Source: Lingula anatina (taxonomy: Eukaryota; Animalia; Brachiopoda). Taken from it: 64,000 nucleotides of DNA. The position numbers and the translations under genes were made by a program. The notes below the pieces were generated by a model that did no database searches, had not been told where the DNA came from, and saw nothing but the letters and a program-made list of their open reading frames with translations. Within the stretch, counting starts at the first letter, position 1, and every line of letters starts with the position of its first letter. This document shows positions 1 through 12,944 of the stretch, one piece after another. The stretch is from contig CM120644.1 in assembly GCA_051362555.1 (NCBI GenBank), forward strand, positions 18,374,534 through 18,438,533, read 5' to 3'.

Positions 1-3000
1 CATTCAGCAGCCTCATACCGCACAGAGTCTGACGATGTGTCACTAAGTAGGTATGGTGTTGTTCTCTCAACTGGCCAATCAGAATTTAGCTCTCATGATG
101 AGGATTCTGTTGGCCAATCAGATGAGGGGTATCAATATGAAAAAGAGGACTTGTCATCAAAAACGCTGAAATGGGATGAATCAGGTGGTGCAACACAGAG
201 AAAACAACTTTCACCTGAGGAATTTGATACCTTAGCGGACCAAATTATAAAGCGTGTCAAGGAAGATTTGAGAACAAGCACCTCGGAAAAAATAAATTCT
301 GCCAGGAAAGAAAAAGCAAAAATTGGAAAGAATATCCAAGATGGTCAAATAATAAACAAAGTCAAAAAGGATACTTCAGGATGTTCTGATAACAGATTAG
401 AAGGCCACAAATGTGTGATCTGCAAAAAGCCAATGGTAAGCTACTTAGTAATATTGTGACATTTATTTTTTACTGAAGTTCATCATGACAGGAGTTCATT
501 TTATTGCATCACAAAGTTACGATTTCATGAATCAGACCCAAATGTGGAAGAAAAAAAAACACTGCTGATTGCAAAAATAGAAATTACAGATATCAATGAA
601 TCATATCTGTCTGCAGCGTCAGGCACTGGTTAGCCAAGTAAAATTTTATTTGGACCCAAAAATTTTTTAGAATGGGTGAATTTAGTAGTCCAACAATGCC
701 ATTGGATTTTACTATAAGTTTTCAAAAAGGCTTTTGGAATTATTTAATTTTTTTTTCTGTAATGCCAAAAAAAAAGTGTATGCCAAATTAAGGTCATGTC
801 ATTACTACTATTAATGCATTAGGGAATGATTTTGAGTCTTACTGAAATTTTCATTTTGACCAGTAAATTTTAGGAAGATGGTGGTTCTAATGGCCAGTAA
901 GCTGAAAAGTCTATGGCACAAACTGTCTTACAATTTTTCTTCAGTGTATGTGTGACAGTGTGTGTGAGTGTGTTGCGAGCAGCAGTTCAAATTTCAAAGA
1001 CCTCACTAAGTCGAAAAAAATGTTTTCCAAGGTCAAAATTTATTAATAATTTTTATTTTAATAAATTTTCAGAAAATTGCACAACACATTTGGCAAACTG
1101 TCTTTTTCATGTATTTCTAATATATTTATTCAGTTTTTTAGTTATCTATTTTTATATATTCTATTTTATTTCATTACTTTTTATATTATTATTTTTTTAG
1201 GTGTGTAGGGGTCAATAATACAAGCGTTCTTCTTTCAAAATCAATTGTTGGTTATAAACTTCAGCCAGAACCTAGTACCTATTACCCTCTACCAGAGTCA
1301 CATACAGTATTGATTTTTCACTAGAAATTCACAGATATGTCTGTAGATAAATGACAGGGGCGGATTGAGGCCATCTTCAGGGTCTTCCGGAAGACGGTCA
1401 GATTTTCAAGTTTACATTGACGGGTATCTAATTTTGTCCCTCACGAACACGGTCAAAAATACAGGATCAACAAGATAATTTAGAAGACTGTCAGAAAATA
1501 GCTCTGGATCCGCCCCTGAATGATGGCACTTTTCTGCACTGTCAGAGATTATAATCTGTGACCCTGGTAGAGGGTATGTACTTACCCTACTGTATGTGCT
1601 AGTAGTTACCCTATTTCTTTTCCCTCTTCCACAGGTCCAGGCTTCCCATTCTCCGATGCTGTTCATCCCATGTGGACACACCGTGTGTAAAACGTGTGCA
1701 GAGCCCCAGAAATTCTGCACTTTCTGCGGCACAGCTATCACATCCAAAACTTGCAATATTGCACTCCAGAAGGTCATAACAGACTTCTATTTCAAAGAAC
1801 CAACGGATAACAGTGGTGTTGGGGATGTCAGTGACTACAGGCCCAGTCAATACACGTACCAAAGTGAGAAAGAATGTGCTGTGTATTCCGATAAGAAAAA
1901 TCGTGTCAACTACGATGCTGAACTCAAATCCCTGCTAGTGCGCCAGGAGGTTCTGGAAGCCACCACACAGGATATAGCGACAAACTTGACGCAGTTAAAG
2001 AAAAAGAAAGAGAAGCAACAGTCACAGATAGATAAAATTACCCAGGAGGAACAAAGGTAACTGTACATGTACTTGTAAGCTCCTGTCTCATGAAGGAGTG
2101 AATTGGAAATATGATATGGCCCAATTTTTTTCAGCGAGGAAAGTTATCAATTTTTTAACATACATATTTCCCAAATCATTAAAAATATATTTCTGTGAAG
2201 CATTTGTGGTGCTTTTACTGAAAAGAATAGAACTACATATATAGAATGGCCTGCTTCAATTTTGTTGCCTCCACTCCCTAGCTAGGAGTGTTGAAACTTG
2301 AAGAAATTTTGACTTAAAAGGATAGTAACTCTTCGTATGAGATCTATATTTCACAATAAAAACATTGTGAATAACTCATAGAAATATCACAAAAATGGCA
2401 GTTATAGCTATTATTCTGATATCTGAGCTTGTCTTAAGACCATGTGACCTCCATTGATGGCTAACTTTGAATGTAGAAATGGATTCATTAACCATTGGTA
2501 AGTATGGGAAAATTGTTGTTTACTCCAGGAAAATTCATTTTTTTGGCAGAAACAACGAATTATTATCCCTTTAAGGAAATACAGCAATTTTGACCCTTTG
2601 AAATAATGTAGTAATTACCGTGCTTATGGTACATGGATGATGGACAAACTGACAGAAGAACTAAGTGAATAATTGAATGATGAAGTAGCCTCTGTGATAT
2701 TTAATATTAATTGATCTGTATTGTACATTGACTGTACCTGAATTCTGTCAATTTCATATAGGTGCATTAGCAGAGAGACAAAATTGATATGTAGACCACA
2801 TGCAGATAGATGTATAGCATAAAGTATCTGAATTCCATCATATTCAAATAGGTACATTAACAGAGAGACAAAATTGATATGTAGACAACAGGCAGATAGA
2901 TGTATAGCATAAAGTATCTGAATTCCATCATTTTCATATATGTACATTAGCAGAGAGACAAAATTGATATGTAGACAACAGGCAGATAGATGTATAGATG

Positions 3001-3961
3001 TATAGCGTAAAAGTACCTGAATTCCATCATTTTCATATAGGTACATTAGCAGAGAGACAAAATTGATATGTAGACAACAGGCAGATAGAAGTATAGCATA
3101 AAAGTATGATGTTTCTAAAATAAAATATGTTGTTTACTATACAGAAGACAATGTCATGATGACTCACCACACAATCCATGTTTGTTTGTATTTTATTATT
3201 ATCATTTGTTTGTTTTATTTTATTGATTTGTATTTCTTTGTTTCTTGCAGAATCAGAAAAGAGCTGGAAATGCTGAAGGAGAAGCTTCAGGCATTGTCTA
3301 TGCATAAGAGGGAGTACCAGCAGAGGGTGGAAGAGCTGGATAAAGAGCAGTTTGACGAGAAAAATAAGCTGGCCCTGACGGAGGAGACATTAAGGAGTTT
3401 AAAAGGGCAGATCGACAAGGTATGTATTCAGGGTTTGTGCTGGCATTAAGGGACTACAAGATAAGCTTAAGATCTGATCCAGATTTATGGTAGTTACTTG
3501 ATGGGCAAAAATTATAAAACTTGAAGACACTTAATTTCATAATCACAAAAATTATATATATTTTTTTATTTTATTTTATTTAGTATTTGTGGTGCTTTTA
3601 CTGCAGTTACAAAGTAGCCTGCTTTTTAATTTTGTTGCTGTCACTCAATAGGAATTTTAAAAAAAATTTGACTTAAAAACTACTGTAACAGCATATTCTG
3701 TAAAATTCACCCCCCCCCCCCCCCCCCCCCCCCCCATTGAAAAGATCAAGTAATTACTGTATTACGACCTACAGTAGATATTGGGCTTTTGGAATAGGAT
3801 GTTATGTTTTGTTCTTTTATTTTGATGGAATTGTGGTCAAGTTTCAAGTTTACCTATATTGATTATTTTGCTTGAAATGGGGTCACGTACCAGTATTTTT
3901 CTCTATTCATGATATAATTTTTTTAATATTTCAGATGCAGATGCTGGTAGATGTGAAGTGA
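1..3961 (+). CDS. RING-finger (C3HC4) plus coiled-coil protein, 3' part (5' end outside window)
   Basis: Exons <1-435, 1635-2056 (alternative AG at 1640), 3251-3419 and 3935-3961 (TGA), with GT-AG introns and consistent phases 0,2,0. The splice joins HKCVICKKPM|VQASHSPMLFIPCGHTVCKTC...FCTFC into a C3HC4 RING, followed by E/K/Q-rich heptads. Confidence 0.85.
1355..1518. mobile_element. MITE with CAGGGGCGGAT termini and 5-bp TSD (hAT5-like)
   Basis: CAGGGGCGGAT...ATCCGCCCCTG with AATGA on both sides. Family members at 39073-39242 and 19181-19351. Confidence 0.75.
2735..3105. repeat. ~90-bp tandem repeat, ~4 copies, intronic
   Basis: The unit gaattccatca...cagagagacaaaattgatatgtagacaacaggcagataga recurs at about 2740, 2830, 2920 and 3020. 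Confidence 0.9.
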
Positions 3962-4944
3962 TACAGTATATACTGGACTTGCAACCAAAGATAATTATAG
4001 GAAAGTCAGGGCTTGAAAATGATACCAGTAGATATTAAAAGTAGTGTTTTATTCATGGGTTCAGACTTATTGCCTGTTTGTTTGGAGTTCATATGCTACA
4101 CCCAGCATGTAGCAAGCCATGTATAATACAGATCAAAACTTCCTTTAATTTGTAAAACTGGCAAATTTGATTGTGTCCTGAATCGAAGTTTTGAATTTTT
4201 CAAAATGCTGAATTGACAGCTAAATGATTAGTATGTATGCAGAAATATAGAAGTTGTAAATCCATGTTAGCATTGTTTTCACTAAAGCTGATATTATTTG
4301 AGTTGTCAAAGAGAAAGTAAAGAAGTTCTGATTTTCTTAATATATTTGATTATTTATAATATCTACTCCTGGAGGAGTAGAACTTCACATTTCGTGCCAA
4401 CCGAAAATTCACTGCTCTGACTTTTTTAATATGTTCTAAATACTTTTTTAAAATTCACTGCACAATTAGTTTTTGTGGAATTTTTACTGAGCTATAATAT
4501 TAGTGTTTATTGGTTCAGTATGTTGAAGCCTCAGTGTTAAAAAGTATACAGGCATAGACTGGAGAAAAAAGGCTCAGACTTTTTTAAGATGTTATTTTTT
4601 GATATATTATTAAATATATTATTATTTATTTTTATGTTAAAACAAAGTACCACTATATCATAAAAAAATTAAATCACATGTTAAATCAGTATAATTTCTG
4701 TACAAAGAGACAATTACTCTAAACCTTTAAGCAAAAGGACAAGAAATAGAGGAGTTAACGTATTTATTTACGGTTGTATATATAGATCTGTCTTTTTTTA
4801 TTATTTATTTTAAATTATTATTTTTTTTATGTATTCATTATTACATTATTATTATTATTAGGAATATTCTTCGTATTATATAGCAAATTTCCCTCTAAAA
4901 TGAAGAGTTGTTACTTTTTTAAAAGAACACCTTTTCAACAACAA

Positions 4945-4980
<36 letters not shown>

Positions 4981-6234
4981 TGAGCCGAAGTTAATTCAAC
5001 TTACTCAACCAGTTTGAATATAAGGTGGTAGATAATAATAGCAGGAGAAAAAATGTTATTTTGTATGTTTGTTGTTTTTTTTTCTTTGCAGTCAGACAAT
5101 AATAAAGAATGTGTCCCATTTTAGTACATGTATCAGCGCTTGTTGTGAATCAACTAGGCCCTACGTAACCTTTCTAGTGGACAAAAAAAGCTAGACTTAT
5201 TTTCATTATTGTGATACAATAACAAGATGATCTAAAACTTTTAATTTTGACTTGATATAGCATTGTATAATGTTACTGAAGATCCTGACTCAAAAATAAC
5301 AATACAATTTTAAAAAATGGACAAACTTTCAATGTCAGGATGGATTAATTAACCTTTGCTAAGTATGGGGATGTTGTCGTTTACCTCAGGAAAATTCTTC
5401 GTATTATATGGCATGTTTCCCTCCAAAATGAAGAGTTGTTACTCTTTTAAAAGAACACCTTTTCAACAACAAGTCCTTTTTTTGTATTTCAATAGAACGC
5501 AGCAGACAGACCTATTTTACTAACGTGTGTTCGTGGTAATCTGGTCTATCAGTTATCAACTCCAAGCTTATTTGTCCTAGTATATCTTCAGGTAGCCGTA
5601 GCGGTGCAGTAGCCAGCAATTTCAAGGGATGGGGGATTTTGCCAGATAAAAGTGAACCTTTTTTTACCATTTCAGCACAGGACTTAACTCGTGCATGAAC
5701 GTACGACAAATTTTGATATAGAGCGGACCATTTGCCGGCCAATCGATTCTTTTTACCCACCCACCCACCCCCCTTCCTTCACGACCCCACCCCCTTGCCT
5801 TCAAGCCTACGTACTTAAGTCTCGACATGCCGTTGTACGTAAACTGGGTTACACCAGGTCACACAAGAACATTACTCTTTAGATGACAGCTGAGGGATTA
5901 CATATTAATGTCCGTTACAGAAGTAAAGAAAAATGTTGAAAATTATCCAGAGACATATCTGTGAACACCTAGTGAAAAATCAGCCCTTGGCCCTGGGAGA
6001 AGACACAAGGACGCTCTATAGTCATAAGTAAAGACATACTGAGCAGTGTTCGAAAAATAAGAAGCGAACTTTATTAAAAAACAAAAAAAAACAAAAGAAA
6101 GGAAATATCCATCACCAACAATAGCCGTGTTTGTACCTGTAGCGCATATAAACTTGGCTTAATATGTAGCTATTGAACCACTTCACTGTCGTAATGTATT
6201 ATTTGGTTACTTGTCTTTGCATGGCATACGTGTG

Positions 6235-8107
6235 CAGGGGCGGATCCAGGATTATTTGTAGAGGGGTCCGCGGATACGAAGACGACCCTCCCTCCCCCCT
6301 TCCTTGGCGTGGGGTTCGAGGCCCGCTGAAGGGCCCCGAAAAATTGGTATTTAAGGTAGATCGGTCGTTACATGTTCCAACGTTCGAATTTTTAAAAAAA
6401 ATTTTTTGTTTGAAGAGACACCCAAGTACATTAAAAATTTGCAAAAAAAATTGGGGGTCACCGACCAAATAAGAGAACTACGCCCAAATATGTTACACCC
6501 TGCATATCGCACTAGTCCCCATTCAAATCAATGGGAAAATGGGTATTTTTTCACTAAAGCATTATTTTTTATGATTTTCTAACGTTCGAATTTTTTTAAA
6601 AATTTTTTTATGTAAAGAGGCATCCAAGTACATTTAAATTTTGCAAAAGAAATTGGGGGTCACCGACCAAATAAGAGAACTACGGCAAGTTGAAGTGCAT
6701 TACACCCTGCGTGACGCACTAATCCCCATTCAAATCAATGGGAAAATGGGTGTTTTTTCACTAAAGCATTATTTTTATGACTTTCTGACGTTTGAATTTT
6801 TTTTAAAAAACATTTTGTGTAAAGAGGCATCCAAGTAGATTTTAATTTTTCCAAAAAAGTTGGGGGTCACCGACCAAATAAGAGAACTACGCCAAGTTGA
6901 AGTGCGTTACACCCTGCGTGACGCACTAGTCGGAAGTCCCCATTCAAATCAGTGGGAAAATGGGTGTTTTTTTTCACTAAATCGTTATTTTTTATGATTT
7001 CTTTTTTTTGTGTGTGTGTGTGTGGAGAGACATCTAAGTACATTTAAAACTTTCATTGTGTTTAACAGTTGAAGTGAGTACACTCAGCTATTTTCAGATT
7101 TGTCATACTGATGAGGTGTAAGCCATTAACTTTACAACAAAATTATTGAAGAGAGTAATAAGGGAAATACTCATGCATATGAAAATAGTTTATTGTCGTT
7201 GTTATTTATTAATGAATATAACATGAACGTGACATCGTAAACACTGTGTTGTCAAGTAAAATGAAGCGTCTGATACAAAGTATCAAATGCGGCATTCACG
7301 TGCTCGCTTGCGGTGCGTTCAGTACACTTTGTTTACACTGACAAGTCAAGGTCAGAAATGCACAATTTTTCTGTATAATATAACACAGTTTCAATTTTGA
7401 TTAGTGAATTTTCTTCAAGCTGTATGGCCATTTTCTGAACATTTGTATAAGCTACGAAATATTTCTCAGTCCAAATTTCTCTACGTCCAAATGAGTGGCG
7501 TTACGACGCACTTCCGGTTTTCGTCGAAATCTAAGCTACGGTATGCAGCACATTCAGGGCATTCTACCTCAAAATGTACGCAGCCGCTTTGATTGGAATT
7601 TACAACACTTATTCTTTACATGATATAGCACCTATGTGCATAATTTGTGAGCTTTAGCTGTCATACATTTTCTAGTGCCAATTCAAATTGGAAAAGGAGC
7701 AATTCCGACGATTTCTTGAAGGGGAAGTCTATGAACGTGCTACAGTTGTCGTATGGATCGAATCATAGTCGACAAACGTTGTTGAAAATCTGTATCGATC
7801 ATACAGAGTTACATACAAGTTGATAATGTGTGTTTATTTTATAGATAATTGTTTTATTTCCTCAAATTGATAAAACAGACTGAAGTGTCGTTAGAGACGA
7901 TTGACGATGCGCTGAAATTGCGCAAATCGTCAAATTACGTAACGACCGATCTACCTTAAGAGGGCGAATGGTGCCGTTTGATACGGTTTAGAACCATGAT
8001 TCAGCTAGTCGAAATTTAAGTTTGAAGAGGGGACCTTTGTTGTGATTTTTTTTTCAGAAATCGAAGGGAGGCAGGACCCCCATGACAGCCTCCTAAATCC
8101 ACCACTG
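6235..8107. mobile_element. CAGGGGCGGATCC-type MITE interrupted by a TTAA-TSD element
   Basis: Left end caggggcggatccagga and degenerate right end tcctaaatccaccactg. No clean TSD. Confidence 0.45.
6355..7955. mobile_element. Non-autonomous Kolobok-like DNA transposon with internal ~205-bp tandem repeats
   Basis: Perfect 17-bp TIR GGTAGATCGGTCGTTAC / GTAACGACCGATCTACC flanked by TTAA at 6351-6354 and 7956-7959. RR...YY termini with a TTAA TSD fit Kolobok rather than piggyBac (CCC...GGG). The repeat core gggggtcaccgaccaaataagagaactac occurs at about 6453, 6655 and 6862. Confidence 0.75.
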
Positions 8108-8446
8108 CCTGTACTACTATACTTATAAACGTACAATGTAATATTATTAACATGTATATAGATCCTGTTTAGAGGATCCCGCTGGTAGTGACCACAGTCC
8201 ACGAGAAATAAAATCATCAATTCACAATTTACAATAAATAAAACGCCAGTCATATCTCAGTAAATAAAACTCTAGTCATATGTCACTAATAATGCGAGTC
8301 GAAAATCCTGAAAATCATAAATCACCGGGTATAATGACTCCATTTTTTTATATATAATGCATGACAACGCTTCGACGAAGGATGAAAAATTAAAAAGCTG
8401 CATTCACAAGTCACGGGAAGGGAGAGCTTCGCCGATATTGCTAATA

Positions 8447-8997
8447 CAGGCCTACCCAACTACCAGACTCGGCACCTAAGGATCCTGAATTAACCGGTAT
8501 ATCGGACCACACTACCCGTTTTCAAGGTGTGTGTCAGATCGCATTTCGGAGTATCAGCCAGAACACCGACAGGATGAGCCCTGGCATGCTCGGCTGTCAC
8601 TTTGATTGGATAGTAAAAGATTGTCGTAAAATCGCTATATGATTTTAAAACCAGGCGCATAAATTTGAAAGCCACCTAGATGAACCTTAGACTACCACAT
8701 TAATCTAATACAATGCAAAAAAGCCCTATCAAAAGTGGTTAAAACATTCAAACCGAATGTCGTAAAGTCCCCATATACCCCCATAGAGACAATAAAATAT
8801 AGTACTCTAAAGTAAGAGTACAGTTTCAGGTTGTTCAGCCGAGCGTGGATGAGCCCGCAGCCGTGCTACAAAATTTGTTCTGGGGTATGATACTCCGAAA
8901 TGCGATCTTACACACACCTTGAAAACGGGTAGCGTGGTCCGAAATACCGGTTAATTCAGGATCCTTAGGTGCCGAGTCTGGTAGTTGGGTAGGCCTG
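8447..8997. mobile_element. MITE with ~110-bp terminal inverted repeats
   Basis: CAGGCCTACCCAACTACCAGACTCGGCACCTAAGGATCC... and its reverse complement at the right end, with TAATA on both sides. Partial copy at 31480-31667. Confidence 0.85.
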
Positions 8998-9342
8998 TAA
9001 TAGATATGAATGTTTCCCCAATCTCAGAAAATAAAAAGTGGATTTCAAGGGTAACGAAAATACCCAATGGGACCCCCTTTTTTAAATTTCACCATAAAAC
9101 ATATTTGTGCTATATAAAGATATTATGAATATTGTTACTATCATTATCTAAAGATGCATACAAAGCGAGTACCTACAGTATACGCCTACTTATGTAAAAT
9201 TAGTTCCACTATAAGCCCCACCTAATACCATAATATAGCTTCAAATAGACGGATGCCTTAGAGATTTGTCACCCATGCTGATAAAGATATTTTGGCAGAT
9301 GCTCTCTGATTTCCTTTTTTAAAAAACCTCTCTTCAAATATA

Positions 9343-11015
9343 CACACACTGGACAAAAGAAGTGTCACCCCCTAACTCAGAGTAATAAAAGTAGGCAGAT
9401 TTTGGGTAATTATAATGCCTGGTCTACTTATAATGTGACTAATGAGTATAAAACCGCTGTACCATGGGAGTGTATTGTTGGTCTTGTAAATGTACAGCAA
9501 ATGTTATTCCTGTCTTCCTCCAATATGGCAAGATACAGGCAATTATCTAACGGTTATAGGTGCAAGTTATTAACCTGAAGAGGCGGAATATAAGCAATGT
9601 CAGTATATCGATACAATTGAATTGTTTAGTCAGAACCGTCCAGAGGGTCTGGTCTCGGTATAAAAACACTGGATCAAGAGACAAATTGCCTCTGATGGGT
9701 CGTCCAAGAAAAACTACTGGCCGTGAAGACCGACGACTGATTTTGATGTCCAGGTTGTCAAAGTTCGACACTGCTTGTCAGTTGACAACACAGTGGAAAA
9801 ATTTCACAAATAAGAATGTGTCTGTGAAAATTTCTAGGCGTCGGTTACATGCTCATAGAGTGTACAGCAGGGTAGCAAGACTGAAACCTCTTATATCGTT
9901 ACAAAAGAGGCAACGTAGAGTGAACTAGGGTCAACAGGATCTGGAACTGGACAGCCCATGACAATTGGTCCTATATATTTTTTTCTGATGAGTGTCGCTT
10001 TGGTCTGACCTCTGATGACAGACGGGTACGATGCTGGCGAACTGCTGGTAAAGCATTTGAACCACATGTACTGAATTTTGGAACCCGGAGCAGCATATTC
10101 ATCATGGTGTGGGGCTGCATCAGCATCCATGACGTGGGCGAATTGATTGTGGTTGATGAAAACATGAATCACCAGAAATATATCGATGTTTTGGAGTCAG
10201 GCTTGCTACCATCTATTACTAACATGTTTGGTGACACGAATTATCCATTTGTTCACCAGGATGACAATGCTCCTTGTCACAGGCCCAGAGCAGTTGATGA
10301 TTGGTTTGACCAACAGGGCATTCGCAGGGTGATGTGGCCTGCCCAGAGTCCGGAAGCAACCATAATAGAAAATGTGTGGAATGATATGTCAAAACTTTTG
10401 ACAAATGCCCGTCTAACCAGCAGAGAAACTCTGTTATATTCAGTGTTTCATGCTTGGGCCAGCATAAGCCCTGAACGCAACAGACAATTATATGAATCCT
10501 TGCCTCGTAGACTGGCACCTATTATTAGGTCACGTGGCTATGCCACTAAGTACTAATTTTGGACTTGAAACTGCATATTTTGGTAGAATGTATATTTTGT
10601 TCTCATTTTGTGATTTTTTGTGAAATTTGATGTTAATAAAATGATACCAGGAGCATATCCCGCACGAAAACGAAGTAGATACTCCAGCGCAGTAGACTAC
10701 TGCAATCATACTGCAAACATGCTTAAAATCTGCTTCGATAGGGGAGCTAATTAGCATATTTGAAACATGTTTCTATCATGCTGCTAATCTACTGCATTAA
10801 TGCTCCTCCTCTGTACAACCCTATGTAATTTTTGAAGTAGAATTGCAGTAGGCTATACTGCATTTCTACTGCAAATATGCTCCACACCACTACCGCGTTA
10901 ATGCTTCTTTGCTACTTCGATACTACTGCATTTTCGTGCGGGATCATTCCACAGTCATTTATCTCCCCCATAGTATTGGCTCAGTAGGGGTGACACTTCT
11001 TTTGTCCAGTGTGTG
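9343..11015 (+). mobile_element. Tc1 (DD34E) transposon, full length, with frameshifted transposase
   Basis: TIR CACACACTGGACAAAAGAAGTGTCACCCC at both ends with TA TSD. Transposase remnants at about 9525-10556 include GRPRKTT, FSDE, VWGCIS and QDDNAPCH-(34 aa spacing)-IENVW, split by frameshifts. Confidence 0.92.
10659..10942. mobile_element. Small CCC-terminated MITE (CACTA/EnSpm-like) nested in the Tc1 3' region
   Basis: TIR CCCGCACGAAAA / TTTTCGTGCGGG with 2-bp AT duplication and internally repeated ctactgca motifs. Confidence 0.65.
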
Positions 11016-11198
11016 TATCTTTAAAGAACGCATTGATCACTGGAAGAATCTACATGAAAAATACTATACTAGTACATTCGGCAATGTTGAGAAGACCCAA
11101 TTACAAGTAAAAATTATCATATACATACTCATATTTTTGTTTAAATTGCTCCAAATTATTAAATAATTTTTGTTTATATGCTCAGTTCATGCAGTTGC

Positions 11199-12605
11199 CT
11201 ATTTGTCATCTTTTTTGTTTTCATCCAAAAGATAGTTTGTGATAAGATGCTTAAATCGTTTCTTATTTGATAATATAAAATTAGGGGCGAAAAACTTGTC
11301 GGTAGCGGGAGAGGCCATTTTTATGCCTTTTGGCTCCAGATAATCGCCATCAAACCAGCGTCCCTCTCTCACTAAGGTACGAAGGAAGTCCAATTTCTGC
11401 TTTTTCGGATCATCACCAAAACGCTCTCCATCCCCACTCAAGGCGGATAACAACTTCGTTTTGATGCCATTTATATCGAAGCACCATGAGCAATGCCATC
11501 CGGCAAATTTACCCTGTTCCCCGAGTTGCCATACCAATACATCGTTGCCTCCTTTCTTGTACTCTCTTATCTTTCCCTGTTGAATGTGGCCTATTCCTCC
11601 TCGTACTGTACCAGGTTGGTTGTCATAAACTTGGCGGAGCATGCCTACCGAACACCCTGCGGACTGCACTGTCCAAACACGGTTCATTTTCCAGAAATAT
11701 CCGTACACAGACCACCTCAGAACAAAGCCAAAGGGCTCAGGGTACCCGTCATGGAATTTGAGAAAGGCTATTGCATCACGGGACGGAACCTCATCGGCGT
11801 CAAGATGAAGAAACAGATCGTCTGGTCGTAGTTCTGCAATGCTCGGGAATCCCTTGCTGATATAGTTTCTTGCATATCCCTCCATCTTGAATCCGTTCGT
11901 TTTACCGTCTGCCAAAAAGTGGTCTAAATAAATATAGATGATATTTGAGTAAAAATCGCACAAATATCCAGAATGTAGCTTTTGGTAGAACAAAGGTAAT
12001 TTGGGGTCCCCGTGAAGCGTGAAATTCGACTCTTCTATCATCACTACGTCGACTAACCCTGTTAGCTCACGCACAAGTGCTTCCAGAGTGTCAAATTCGT
12101 GATTCAGGAGCATTGAAATAACGACCTTTCTTGGATGTTTGCGAATTTTTATTTTTCTTTGAATTTCTTGTGGGAGTTTCGAAATCCCTACCCTTGCAAC
12201 TTCTGGTGTGCTGCAGGCGTTTCCAGTCCACCCTTTTTGACAAACACACCCATTCTTTTCCTTTCGCCTAAGAGTACCAAATTTGAAACATCGAGTTCCG
12301 TTATATGAGACGAAATACTGATCTCCCACATTTGTTTTGTCCAGCTGAACTGGAGCAATAGAATACAGATCTGGAAAACGCCTGGTTGCCTTTGTTTTGC
12401 ATGTAGCCACAGAACTTTTAGCAGTTCTCATCAGTTTTTGTTCATTAAGGCGCCCAGTGCTTGAACCAACATTCTTACCAATTTTGACGTTACTTTTGTA
12501 GTTCATGAAAAGGACATACAGAAGGAAACACAGTTGAAAAGCCATCACAAGTATAAATAATAGGCGTCTGCGAATCCTAATCCGGGGTATTATGCTCCGA
12601 AACAT
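11199..12605 (-). CDS. MGAT3: Beta-1,4-mannosyl-glycoprotein 4-beta-N-acetylglucosaminyltransferase-like (GT17/GnT-III), copy 1
   Basis: Intronless 468-aa type II membrane protein: N-terminal TM segment, Cys-rich CVCQKGWTGNAC stem, and GT17 motifs HEFDTLE, ESNFTLHGDPK, DLFLHLDADEVP and AGWHCSWCF. Confidence 0.9.
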   Translation of the reverse strand: MFRSIIPRIRIRRRLLFILVMAFQLCFLLYVLFMNYKSNVKIGKNVGSSTGRLNEQKLMRTAKSSVATCKTKATRRFPDLYSIAPVQLDKTNVGDQYFVSYNGTRCFKFGTLRRKEKNGCVCQKGWTGNACSTPEVARVGISKLPQEIQRKIKIRKHPRKVVISMLLNHEFDTLEALVRELTGLVDVVMIEESNFTLHGDPKLPLFYQKLHSGYLCDFYSNIIYIYLDHFLADGKTNGFKMEGYARNYISKGFPSIAELRPDDLFLHLDADEVPSRDAIAFLKFHDGYPEPFGFVLRWSVYGYFWKMNRVWTVQSAGCSVGMLRQVYDNQPGTVRGGIGHIQQGKIREYKKGGNDVLVWQLGEQGKFAGWHCSWCFDINGIKTKLLSALSGDGERFGDDPKKQKLDFLRTLVREGRWFDGDYLEPKGIKMASPATDKFFAPNFILSNKKRFKHLITNYLLDENKKDDK

Positions 12606-12944
12606 GTTTTTTAACCATTCAGCTAACTTCTAACTTCTCTCCTTGTAGACCTTCTCTATCGGCTTCTGTCCGAAATAATGTTCAAAAAATGTTATCAGAA
12701 TGATATAAGAATTCTTTGGCCACTCTGACTAATCCTCATGCTCTCTGTAGAAAGGCGCCGGAATTGAGACTGTACCGAAGATGATGCCCAGTTTATCATG
12801 CATACCTAAAGAATATTTCTATATAAATTTAAGGCATACAAATGTTGGATTTTTTACAGTGGAGATGATGCATTAATAAATATCCATTGTATTTCATCGT
12901 TACCGACCGATCATAGATAAAGCCGGATTACTAATATAGATATA

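Noticed and set aside
2624-3046. Repetitive 140-aa minus-strand ORF
   Set aside because: By-product of the 90-bp intronic minisatellite.
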